Positions 47,644 through 56,904 of a stretch of DNA of 64,000 bases are shown here, piece by piece; position 1 is the first letter of the stretch, and each line of letters starts with the position of its first letter. Under the pieces are notes generated by a model. It ran no database searches, was not told where the DNA came from, and saw only the letters and a list, made by a program, of their open reading frames with translations. Both the position numbers and the translations under genes were made by a program. This DNA comes from Dehalococcoidia bacterium (lineage in GTDB: Bacteria; Chloroflexota; Dehalococcoidia; Lucifugimonadales; VXLM01): NCBI GenBank assembly GCA_963662435.1, contig OY759598.1, forward strand, positions 1,706,507-1,770,506, given 5' to 3'.

Positions 47644-48206
47644 TATTCGATCTCCCTAGCGGCCTTTGCAATGACTTCTCCAATGAAAGACCGCTTACCC
47701 GTGCTGTAGGATGTCCGGTCGTCCGAGTGCTTCGCCGCGAGAGCGAGTTTAAGCTGTGCGTACTCAGCCGCCAACTCCGGGTGGGCGATGAGGTAGTCGC
47801 GAAACATGAAGTGGTTCCGCAGGATGGGACTGTCGAGCGTGTACATGTGGAGAACCTGAGTCCTAATCTCCTCGCCGTCTGAGCAACTCCCTTGCGGAGA
47901 ATGGCCCCTGAGAAAAAAGCGGTCGTCGGGGATGTCGACTTCGTCCACTCCCTTGTGAAAGTAGCCGATACTCTCCAACGGTTCAATGCACCGCTCCCCG
48001 TCCTCGAATTTGTGGATTAGCACGGCGATATCGAGGATTGGTTTGGCGGGCATACCCGGAATCGACGTACTCCCGACATGGTGGACGCCGGCGACGATGT
48101 GCCCGACGGCGTTCATGATGTGGCGACGTTCCTCCTCGAATAGCACGGGCCATTCGGGGTCGTACGGTGCGACCACGGCGCTGTGTCTGGGGATTCCGAG
48201 CGGCAT
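47643..48206 (-). CDS. GrpB family protein (nucleotidyltransferase fold)
   Basis: YDPEWP..F, HVGSTSIPG..AKPILDI, FRDYL..HP, Y..LK. Confidence 0.93.
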   Translation of the reverse strand: MPLGIPRHSAVVAPYDPEWPVLFEEERRHIMNAVGHIVAGVHHVGSTSIPGMPAKPILDIAVLIHKFEDGERCIEPLESIGYFHKGVDEVDIPDDRFFLRGHSPQGSCSDGEEIRTQVLHMYTLDSPILRNHFMFRDYLIAHPELAAEYAQLKLALAAKHSDDRTSYSTGKRSFIGEVIAKAAREIE

Positions 48207-48208
48207 CG

Positions 48209-48556
48209 CTAGTTGCCGTGACTGCCGAGTTGGATGCGGTTTCCGTCGATGTCGGTCACATCGGCGAGAAGCAGGCCGGGAATGCCGCCATCGCGCGGAG
48301 GATGGACGATGCTCCCTCCACCAGCCTCGATTGCACGGCAGGCCTCGTCGATGTCGTCGACCTCGAAGCTGAGGCCGGTCATGCGGAAGTCGTCGTTGGT
48401 CCCTTGATGAAGCGCGACGGTGGAGTCGCCGAGCGTCAGTTCCGACCAGTTGGGCGACTGCGCGTGGACGTTAAGGCCGAATACATCGCGGTAGAAGGCC
48501 ACTGCCCTATCCATGTCGTTGGTCCAGAGCATGTAGAGGATTTTGGTTGTCTTCAT
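48209..48556 (-). CDS. VOC/glyoxalase-bleomycin-resistance family protein
   Basis: DMDRAVAFYRDVFG, FEVDDID, DIDGNRIQL; start MKTTKIL. Confidence 0.9.
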   Translation of the reverse strand: MKTTKILYMLWTNDMDRAVAFYRDVFGLNVHAQSPNWSELTLGDSTVALHQGTNDDFRMTGLSFEVDDIDEACRAIEAGGGSIVHPPRDGGIPGLLLADVTDIDGNRIQLGSHGN

Positions 48557-48751
48557 GGGCGGTGGTTCCTTTTTGACAAGAAGCCATGCTGGCAACAATG
48601 ATACACAACTTGTCGTGGGATTCTTCACTTCGGCATCTAAGCGACCCTTCGACAGGCTCAGGGTGAACGGGCTGTTGGGTCGTAGGGACTGGATTCACGC
48701 CTGCGCGGGAATGACGGATGGGTGGTACAGGGCGCTGAAGGACGGCCGGAG

Positions 48752-50512
48752 TTAGTCGCGGGACTCCAAGGACTGCATCTCATACATGGTGGCGAAGAGG
48801 CCGGAGGCTTGGCGCAAGTCTTGGGGCGTGCCGGACTCGACGATGCGGCCGCCGTCAATGACGAGGATACTGTCGGCGTTGACGACGGTCTTGAGGCGGT
48901 GGGCTACGACGATGAGCGTGCTGCGGCGGCGGATGGTTTCGAGCGCGGTGGTGAGGTGGAACTCGGTGCGGGCGTCGAGGGCGGAGGTCGGCTCGTCGAG
49001 GAGGACGAGGGCGGCGTTTCGGTAGAGCGCGCGGGCGATGGCAATGCGCTGGCGCTCGCCGCCGGATAGGTCGAGGCCCTTCGGGCCGAGTTTTTCGTCG
49101 AGGCCGTTGGGTAGGGATTCGATGAAGTCGGCAAGCTGGGCGTCTCTGACGACCTGGTCGACGAGGTCCGTATCGGGTTGGGTCTCGGGGTAGATGATGT
49201 TGGCGAGTACGGTGTCGTTCCACAGCCAGGCGTCCTGCGGGACAACTGAGATTTGGCGGCGCAGGTCGCGGATGGAGAGGTCGCGGATGTCCTCTCCGTT
49301 GATAAGGATGCGGCCATTCAACGGCTCGTAGAAGCCCTGGATGAGCTCCAGGACGGTGCTCTTGCCACCGCCAGTTGGGCCGACGATGCCGATGAATTCG
49401 CCGGCTTTCGCCTGGAGGCTCAGGTCCTCGATACCGAACCCTTCCCGGGCGAATCGGAAGCTTACGTTGGAGAACTCGACCGACATTGCGCGAGTCTTCC
49501 GTACGAAGTCGTTGGGGATGGACACTTGCTCAGCGGGCAGGGCCATGAGGTCGTCGATACGATCGGTGTCGGCCTTCATGGACTCACTGAACGTGATGAA
49601 ATCGAGGATTCTCCTGATTGACTCGTAGAGCCCCGGCAGGTAGGCGAGGAAGGCGACGAGGTCGCCGACCGTCGCGCGACCGTTGACGACCTCGAAAGCG
49701 CCGTAGCCGAAGATGAGGCCGCGCACAACGTTTTGGATTGCCACCCAGAAGCCGAACTGAAAGAGATCGTGGTGCGCGATCATGCGGGCTTTGTTTCGCC
49801 AGTTGCGGCGGGTCCATCCTTCCCACCAGGCTATCTCTCGTTTCTCGCCGGTGAACGACTTGACGGTCTTGATGTTGTCGAAGACTTCGGTGACGTATGA
49901 CTGGCCGGAGGAGAGGATGTCGTTCTGTTCGTTGTTGAGCCGACGCTCGCGACTTCCGGCGACGCGGGCGAGGAGATACGAGGGCGGAAACGCGAGCAGT
50001 GTTATGAGCGCCAGCTTCCAGTTGAGGGAGAACATGATTCCGGCGGTCACGAGGACGAGCATTAGGTGATAGATCGACAGCACGACGGTCTGGGCGACGA
50101 AGACCTCACCGACACGGCCGCAGCATTGCGTGATGACGGTGACTATGTGGCCGAGCCTGGTGCGCTCGATGTCGTCGAGCCGGGCGTGGATGAGGTGACT
50201 AAAGAGGTCGGTGCGGAGCCGGCGGGTGACGGCCTCTCCCACGGATGCGCGAGCAAAGTTGCGGACCAGTCCAAGCCCCACGTCGACGATGGGGAGGAGG
50301 GTCATCGCGACTACGAGGGCGAGAATCATGGCGGTGTCGGAGCCGGGGATCGCGCTGTCGATCAGCTCACGGAGCAGAAGAGGCGTGGCAAGGGCGGAGG
50401 CCGTGCCGAGGAACATGAGGGCGACGACAACTGCGAGTGTGCGCCATTGCCCGCGAACCTCGCGGAGAACGAGGCTGAGGGTGTAGCCGTCGCCGGCAGA
50501 GGTGGTCGTCAA
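48752..50512 (-). CDS. ABC exporter, fused permease/ATPase
   Basis: TM domain plus GPTGGGKST, LSGGERQRIAIARA, LLDEPTSALD, VAHRL. Confidence 0.95.
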   Translation of the reverse strand: MTTTSAGDGYTLSLVLREVRGQWRTLAVVVALMFLGTASALATPLLLRELIDSAIPGSDTAMILALVVAMTLLPIVDVGLGLVRNFARASVGEAVTRRLRTDLFSHLIHARLDDIERTRLGHIVTVITQCCGRVGEVFVAQTVVLSIYHLMLVLVTAGIMFSLNWKLALITLLAFPPSYLLARVAGSRERRLNNEQNDILSSGQSYVTEVFDNIKTVKSFTGEKREIAWWEGWTRRNWRNKARMIAHHDLFQFGFWVAIQNVVRGLIFGYGAFEVVNGRATVGDLVAFLAYLPGLYESIRRILDFITFSESMKADTDRIDDLMALPAEQVSIPNDFVRKTRAMSVEFSNVSFRFAREGFGIEDLSLQAKAGEFIGIVGPTGGGKSTVLELIQGFYEPLNGRILINGEDIRDLSIRDLRRQISVVPQDAWLWNDTVLANIIYPETQPDTDLVDQVVRDAQLADFIESLPNGLDEKLGPKGLDLSGGERQRIAIARALYRNAALVLLDEPTSALDARTEFHLTTALETIRRRSTLIVVAHRLKTVVNADSILVIDGGRIVESGTPQDLRQASGLFATMYEMQSLESRD

Positions 50513-50676
50513 GGTGTCTCCTCGTTGGGGTCGAAGGTGATGGCGACCAGCTTACCATGAAGACGTTATTCGTACAATAATGTTCCATATTGCGGCATAT
50601 GATTTACCATCTCAGGCATTATTCACACACTCACGACGCCTGATGAGTCATGTACGTCGTTTTTAGTAATTCTCAT

Positions 50677-50706
50677 TTGACAGTTGTGGATGGAACCTGA
50701 TATGAT
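50677..50706 (+). promoter_or_regulatory. Strong sigma70-type promoter with extended -10
   Basis: TTGACA-18 bp-TATGAT with TGn in front of the -10. Confidence 0.7.
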
Positions 50707-50723
50707 AGAAACGTGGAATTGAG

Positions 50724-50754
50724 AAGAGCCCCTTCGCGGGGCTCTTTTTCGTTT
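50724..50754 (+). terminator. Rho-independent terminator
   Basis: AAGAGCCCC-TTCGC-GGGGCTCTT followed by TTTCGTTT. Confidence 0.85.
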
Positions 50755-50852
50755 CCGGGGACTTGAGGCGGCCACCTCATGGCGTCCCACCACATAGATG
50801 CATGAGCCAGTCTTCGTGGTACAATTCCTGACTCGAGTAAGGTTCTTACATC

Positions 50853-53087
50853 TTGAGAACTTACGAAGTGAGGGTTGACTTGGGGTTTTCTACCTTGGGG
50901 ACATCAGTGAGAGACGTCGCGCTAGCGCTGTTCTCGGTGGCGGTCGTGCTCTTGGCGGCGTGTGGGGACACCCTGCAAGCGCCCACCGCGGTCCCTCAAA
51001 CTGGCGACACGGCCACGCCAGTGGCGACGGCCACGTCTCTGCCGAGTCCCACGGTAGTGCCCTCGCCTACGCCTGAGCCGACGGCGACGCCCTCTGTTGA
51101 TGCGACGCTTCTGGACAGGGCAGCCCTGGTCGCGCTCTACGAGTCGGCGGGTGGAGAAAATTGGACGAGGAGCGACAACTGGCTGAGTGACAGGCCAATT
51201 GGTGAGTGGCACGGGGTTACGACCGACGACGATGGCCGGGTTACTGAGCTGGTCATTGTTGATAACAGGGTGGCGGGAAATATCCCGCAGGAGCTAGGCC
51301 AACTCTCCAGATTGACAAAGTTAGAGCTCCATGGGGGCTGGCTAGTCGGGCTGATCCCGGAGGAGTTAGGCGAGCTTTCGAACCTTGTTGTGCTAGACCT
51401 TTCGGATAACAACTTGACAGGCGAGATTCCGCCGGAGTTGGGCAACCTCCCCAAGCTGGAATTGCTGGACCTTCACGACAACAAGTTGGTCAGTGAAATC
51501 CCACCGGAGTTGGGCAGTCTTGACAACCTGGAAGTGCTTGACCTTTCAGTGAACGGTCTGCAGGGGGGGATTCCACCGGAGTTGGGCAGTCTTACCGATT
51601 TGAGGAAGCTGGACCTCTCGATGACAGGGCTGAGGGGTGAGATACCCCGGGAGCTCGGTCAACTCTCCAAGTTGACGGAAGTGGGGCTTGAGGGCCTGCG
51701 ACTTAGCGGGTGCTCTGCGAAGGGGCTCGAGCATTTCGTTGATCTTGTCGGTCCGGGGTGCGTGGCCCTGGATGCGCTAACGGCGCTCTACCATGCCACG
51801 GAGGGAGAGAACTGGGAGAACAATGACAATTGGTTGAGCGGCCGGCCGCTTGTTTGGTGGTATGGGGTAGTCACAGATGAAGCGGGGAACGTCATCAGGC
51901 TATCCCTGGGCGATAACCGCCTGAAGGGGTCGATCCCCGCGGAACTGGGACTGCTCTCTAAGCTGACCGAGTTGGATCTGCAGGGAAACTGGCTCAGGGG
52001 GCCGATCCCGGCGGAGATGGGCAACCTCTCTGAATTGAAGATACTGGGCCTATGGAACAACCAGTTGTCCGGCGAGATTCCTGCAGAACTGGGAAAGCTC
52101 TCCAACCTGACCGATTTGTATTTGAACGATAACCTGCTGAGCGGGGAGATACCGCCGGAGCTTGCGAAGCTCTCCAGCTTGAAAAAGCTATACCTTCAAC
52201 AGAACTGGCTGGAAGGGGAAATTCCGTTGGAGTTGGCGCAACTCTCCAATTTGAAAGAGTTGCATCTCTGGCAGAACCGGCTGAGCGGAGAGATTCCGTT
52301 GGAGTTGGGCGAACTCTCCGAATTGACAGAACTGGGCTTATCAAACAACGTTCTCAGCGGGGAGATTCCCTCGGAATTGGCGCGACTGTCCAGCCTGAGA
52401 GAGCTGGGACTTTGGGGCAACCGTCTCACCGGCAAGATACCGCCTGAACTAGGCAGTTTCCCGGAACTGGAAGCGCTATACCTGTCTCAAAACCAGTTGA
52501 GTGGAGAGATCCCGCCAGAGCTGGGAAGCCTTACCGGTCTGCAGGATCTCTACCTGTGGGACAACATGCTGAGCGGTGTGGTTCCGGTGGAACTTGCCAA
52601 TATAGAGAGCCTTGGAGAACTGGCACTCTCGAAGAATAGACTGATTGGGGAGATACCGGCCGAACTGGGCAACCTCTCCAACCTGACATATCTTTCGCTC
52701 GCACAGAACGAGGTGACCGGGGGGATCCCACCTGAGTTGGGGAGGCTCACCAATCTCAAGTTCCTCAACCTCTGGAATACTTTGTTGAGCGGAGAGATTC
52801 CGGCGGAACTGGGCAATCTCACCAATCTTGAGAAACTGAGTCTTTCACGGAATAAGCTGACCGGGGAGATTCCACCTGAGTTGGGTAATCTATCGAACCT
52901 AAAGGTCCTTTATTTGTGGAACAACATGCTGAGTGGTGAAATACCGCCGGAGCTTGGCAACCTGTCCAGAGGGATAACGCTCGACGCGACTGGCAACGAC
53001 TTTTCGGGGTGTGTTCCCGATAGTCTTCAGAATTTGGGCAGCGAGATTTATCTGGGGGAATTGAAGTTCTGCAGGGAGGTTGAGTAG
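50853..53087 (+). CDS. Plant-type leucine-rich-repeat lipoprotein (2 capped LRR blocks)
   Basis: Lipobox LAACG, Pro/Thr linker, 24-aa LxxLxLxxNxLsGEIPxELGxL repeats and two ALxALY...NW...WxGV caps. Confidence 0.95.
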   Translation: MRTYEVRVDLGFSTLGTSVRDVALALFSVAVVLLAACGDTLQAPTAVPQTGDTATPVATATSLPSPTVVPSPTPEPTATPSVDATLLDRAALVALYESAGGENWTRSDNWLSDRPIGEWHGVTTDDDGRVTELVIVDNRVAGNIPQELGQLSRLTKLELHGGWLVGLIPEELGELSNLVVLDLSDNNLTGEIPPELGNLPKLELLDLHDNKLVSEIPPELGSLDNLEVLDLSVNGLQGGIPPELGSLTDLRKLDLSMTGLRGEIPRELGQLSKLTEVGLEGLRLSGCSAKGLEHFVDLVGPGCVALDALTALYHATEGENWENNDNWLSGRPLVWWYGVVTDEAGNVIRLSLGDNRLKGSIPAELGLLSKLTELDLQGNWLRGPIPAEMGNLSELKILGLWNNQLSGEIPAELGKLSNLTDLYLNDNLLSGEIPPELAKLSSLKKLYLQQNWLEGEIPLELAQLSNLKELHLWQNRLSGEIPLELGELSELTELGLSNNVLSGEIPSELARLSSLRELGLWGNRLTGKIPPELGSFPELEALYLSQNQLSGEIPPELGSLTGLQDLYLWDNMLSGVVPVELANIESLGELALSKNRLIGEIPAELGNLSNLTYLSLAQNEVTGGIPPELGRLTNLKFLNLWNTLLSGEIPAELGNLTNLEKLSLSRNKLTGEIPPELGNLSNLKVLYLWNNMLSGEIPPELGNLSRGITLDATGNDFSGCVPDSLQNLGSEIYLGELKFCREVE

Positions 53088-53253
53088 GACGGGGGATGTG
53101 GGGAGCTACCGTGGCCGCCCTTCGACAGGCTCTCTCCCACGAAGGGGGAGAGTGTAGAATTGCGGAATGTGGGTCATGGCGATAAAGGCTGGGCACGGTT
53201 GGGAGAGTATTTTTTCTTGGTATACTGCCCGCATTAAGTCGAGTGTTTACATC

Positions 53254-56200
53254 ATGAGAACTTACGGCGCGAGGAATCTCTTGGAGCCCAATACTGTTGG
53301 GACAACGGCGAGAGACACCGCGTTTACGTTGGCGGTGTGGTGTTTGGCAGTCGTGGCGGTGGTAGCGTGTGGGGAGTCGCGACCGGCGCCAACGGTTGTT
53401 CCTACGGCGGAGGCTGTCGCGCCAGTGGCAACGGCCACGTCTGTACCAAGTCCCACAGCATCGCCCTCGCCTACGCCCGTTCCAACGGCGGTCCCCACTA
53501 CGTCTGCAAGGAGTCCCGATAGGGACGCGTTGTTGGCGCTCTACGAGTCGGCGGGTGGGGAGAATTGGACGAGGAGCGACAACTGGCTGAGTGACAGGCC
53601 AATTGGTGAGTGGCACGGGGTTACGACCGACGACGATGGCCGGGTTACTGAACTGGCGCTCATCGAGAACGAGGTGACAGGGAGTATCGCGGCTGATTTG
53701 GGTGAGCTTTCCAGCCTGAGGGTGCTGGATTTTCGGGGAAACTGGCTGCTGGGGCTGATACCGACCGAGCTTGGGAACCTTTCCGATCTGACCAATCTCG
53801 ACCTGTCTCAGAACAGGTTGATAGGTGAGATACCACGGGAGTTGGGCAGCCTAGGCAAATTGGAGAGACTCGATCTTTCTGATAACCAGTTGTCCGGTGA
53901 GATTCCGCCGGAACTAGGCAAACTCAGAACCCTGACGGAGTTGGACCTGTCGGAGAACTGGTTACTGGGCGAGATACCTCCCGAACTTGGTGAGCTCGCC
54001 AACCTGAAGGTGTTGGACCTTTCGGCGAACGGTTTCACTGGAATTGTGCCGATGGAGTTGGTGGATCTTACCAATCTGACTGTGCTGGACTTTTCGAGGA
54101 ACGATCTGACGGGGTGCGTACCGAAGAGCGCTGCCGACTTGCCGGTCCTAGTCCAGGAGACCTGCGGTCCGACGGAAGCCTTGGCAGCGCTGTACGAGTC
54201 CACGGACGGGCCGAATTGGAAGAACAACGACAACTGGCTGAGCGATGCGCCGTTGAGCGAGTGGTATGGAATAACGACCGACTCCCGAGGAGACGTCGAA
54301 TGGCTGTCCCTTGCAGACAACGGATTGAGGGGAGAAATCCCTCCTGAGATAGCTTATCTCCGCAATCTGAGGAGGCTCGACCTCTCAGAGAACAATCTGA
54401 GTGGGCGGATACCGCCAGAACTGGCCCAGCTTACCCGGCTGATTGGTCTGGCCCTCCACACCAATGATTTGAGTGGCGAGATTCCCGTTGAACTGGGGAA
54501 CCTTTCCGTCCTCGAATGGCTATACGTTAGCGAAAACCGATTGAGCGGTTCGATTCCTCCTGAATTGGGCAATCTCTCCCGGCTCAGTTGGTTGAGTGCC
54601 TGGGGCAACCAACTGTCTGGGGAAATACCACCGGAGCTTGCCAAGATTTCGTTCTTGGAGTGGCTGGATTTGTCCCGCAATAACCTGACTGGGGAGATCC
54701 CCGCGGAGCTGGCGAGGCTAATATTCCTAACCGCCCTGCACCTTGCATCAAATGACCTAAGTGGTGAAATTCCGGCCGGGCTGGGCAACCTGGAGAACCT
54801 CACGGAGCTGGAACTCTGGGGAAACCAACTGACCGGGTGCGCACCAGGGAGACTTGCCGGAATTGGCAAGCCGGGCGTTCCTGCCTGTGCCACCAGCAAT
54901 GCGCAGAGCGAACCAGATGATGCGGGGGACGATTCGAAGGACGTGCTCGTTGCACTCTACAACGCCACGGATGGTCCCAACTGGGAGAACAACGACTACT
55001 GGTTGAGCGGCCGGCCGCTTGATTGGTGGTATGGGGTAGTCACAGATGAAGCGGGGAACGTCATCAGGCTGTCCCTGGGCGATAACCGCCTGAAGGGGGA
55101 GATCCCCTCGGAATTGGGGCTGCTCTCCACGCTGACCGAGTTGGATTTGCAGGGAAACTGGCTCAAGGGGCCGATTCCGGCGGAGTTGGGCAACCTCTCT
55201 GAATTGGAGACTTTGGGCCTATGGAACAACCAACTGTCGGGCGAGATTCCTGCAGAACTGGGAAAGCTCTCCATCCTGACCGATTTGTATTTGAACGATA
55301 ACCTGTTGAGCGGGGAAATCCCGCTGGAGCTTGCGAAGCTCTCCAGCTTGAAAAAGCTATACCTTCAACAGAACTGGCTGGAAGGGGAGGCGCCGTTGGA
55401 GTTGGCCCAACTCACCAGCTTGAAGGAGCTATACCTAAGTGATAACCGGTTGAGTGGGGAGATTCCGTTGGAGTTTGGCAAACTCTCCGAACTGACAGAC
55501 CTGGGCTTGTCGAACAACGTTCTCAGCGGGGAGATTCCCTCGGAATTGGCGCGACTGTCCAGCCTGAAAGTGCTGGGACTTTGGGGCAACCGTCTCACCG
55601 GCAAGATACCGCAGGAACTAGGCAGTTTCCCGGAACTGGAAGCCCTATACCTGTCTCTTAACCAGTTGAGTGGAGAGATCCCGCCTGAGTTGGGGGACCT
55701 CTCTGATTTGAAGGAACTCTCCCTTTCAGAGAACCAATTGAGCGGGGAGATTCCGCCGGAACTGGGGAACCTATCGAGCCTGACAGGACTGCATCTATGG
55801 GGAAACTCCTTGGGCGGGGAGATTCCGGCTGAACTGGGGAGTCTATCGAGCCTGACGGGATTGTATCTATCGGCAAACAGCTTGACGGGGGAGATTCCTG
55901 CAGACTTAGGCGGGCTTTCCAACTTGGTCGATTTGTACCTTCATGAGAACTCTCTAAGCGGCAGAATTCCCCCGGAACTGGGCGGCCTCTCCAATCTGAA
56001 AGAATTAATCCTCAACCAAAACGAGCTGATAGGTGTGATCCCGCCGGAGTTGGGGAGGCTCTCCAGCCTCGAAGAACTTCACCTATGGGAGAATTCGCTG
56101 AGCGGCGATATACCTGTGGAATTGAGCAGCCTATCGAACGCAAAGAAAATCGATCTATCGAATAACATGCTGTCAGGGGGGATACCTCCTGAGTTGGGCA

Positions 56201-56409
56201 AACTGTCGAATCTCAGCTTCCTGTACTTGGAGAACAACATGCTCAGCGGCGAGATTCCTTCGGAGCTGGGAAACCTGCGGGTGGGAATAGAGCTTGATCT
56301 TTCGGGGAACGAGCTGACGGGATGTGTTCCCGATGTCCTGCGGAATCTGGGCAGCACGCTCTATTTCGGTGAAATGGAGTTCTGCGGGGAAGTCGAGTCT
56401 CACGGGTGA
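53254..56409 (+). CDS. Plant-type leucine-rich-repeat lipoprotein (3 capped LRR blocks), paralog of the upstream gene
   Basis: Lipobox VVACG; three capped LRR blocks; ATG 53254 aligns with the TTG start of the paralog (MRTY). Confidence 0.95.
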   Translation: MRTYGARNLLEPNTVGTTARDTAFTLAVWCLAVVAVVACGESRPAPTVVPTAEAVAPVATATSVPSPTASPSPTPVPTAVPTTSARSPDRDALLALYESAGGENWTRSDNWLSDRPIGEWHGVTTDDDGRVTELALIENEVTGSIAADLGELSSLRVLDFRGNWLLGLIPTELGNLSDLTNLDLSQNRLIGEIPRELGSLGKLERLDLSDNQLSGEIPPELGKLRTLTELDLSENWLLGEIPPELGELANLKVLDLSANGFTGIVPMELVDLTNLTVLDFSRNDLTGCVPKSAADLPVLVQETCGPTEALAALYESTDGPNWKNNDNWLSDAPLSEWYGITTDSRGDVEWLSLADNGLRGEIPPEIAYLRNLRRLDLSENNLSGRIPPELAQLTRLIGLALHTNDLSGEIPVELGNLSVLEWLYVSENRLSGSIPPELGNLSRLSWLSAWGNQLSGEIPPELAKISFLEWLDLSRNNLTGEIPAELARLIFLTALHLASNDLSGEIPAGLGNLENLTELELWGNQLTGCAPGRLAGIGKPGVPACATSNAQSEPDDAGDDSKDVLVALYNATDGPNWENNDYWLSGRPLDWWYGVVTDEAGNVIRLSLGDNRLKGEIPSELGLLSTLTELDLQGNWLKGPIPAELGNLSELETLGLWNNQLSGEIPAELGKLSILTDLYLNDNLLSGEIPLELAKLSSLKKLYLQQNWLEGEAPLELAQLTSLKELYLSDNRLSGEIPLEFGKLSELTDLGLSNNVLSGEIPSELARLSSLKVLGLWGNRLTGKIPQELGSFPELEALYLSLNQLSGEIPPELGDLSDLKELSLSENQLSGEIPPELGNLSSLTGLHLWGNSLGGEIPAELGSLSSLTGLYLSANSLTGEIPADLGGLSNLVDLYLHENSLSGRIPPELGGLSNLKELILNQNELIGVIPPELGRLSSLEELHLWENSLSGDIPVELSSLSNAKKIDLSNNMLSGGIPPELGKLSNLSFLYLENNMLSGEIPSELGNLRVGIELDLSGNELTGCVPDVLRNLGSTLYFGEMEFCGEVESHG

Positions 56410-56669
56410 TGGGGTGCTGCTGTGGTGGCCGCCCTTCGACAGGCTCTCTCTCCCATGACTGGCTGACAGGGGTAGACAAACCCAATTTGCAACTACGATC
56501 TGACCCTCGTCTACCTGTTCGCGCTACGACAATACCCCCGGCCAACCTCCACTGTCTTTCACATTCCAGGTGGTGATAGTGCAACCCTCATGAAATGTTC
56601 CGCGCACAACAATGAAGGGGCGCCTTCTCCACCCGACACAGAATCACTAACGTAGTTACACGAAGTCCC

Positions 56670-56712
56670 GTAATACAGAAAGCAATGTCCGGAAATGTCC
56701 GGAAATGTCCGG
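56670..56712 (+). repeat. 43-bp motif with three phased 10-bp direct repeats, copy 2
   Basis: GTAATACAGAAAG-CAATGTCCGG-AAATGTCCGG-AAATGTCCGG. Confidence 0.8.
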
Positions 56713-56904
56713 GTATTTCAAGGGTCCTGGACTTCAAGACCTGACAAACTCTCCCCTGCCGAGAGATACACGCCAACCCCCGCCGAGCTAGCAGAAGGTA
56801 GGAACGAAGGGAGAGGGCTGTCGTTCACATTCGTGTGAGCGGGGTATAGAATTGGCGCGGAATCAACTGCGCGGGCTTGGGCAAGAGCCGGCGAGGAGGA
56901 ACGC

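Noticed and set aside
51831..55685. Diversity-generating retroelement TR/VR pair in the LRR genes
   Set aside because: Differences are largely synonymous and not adenine-specific, and there is no reverse transcriptase in the window.
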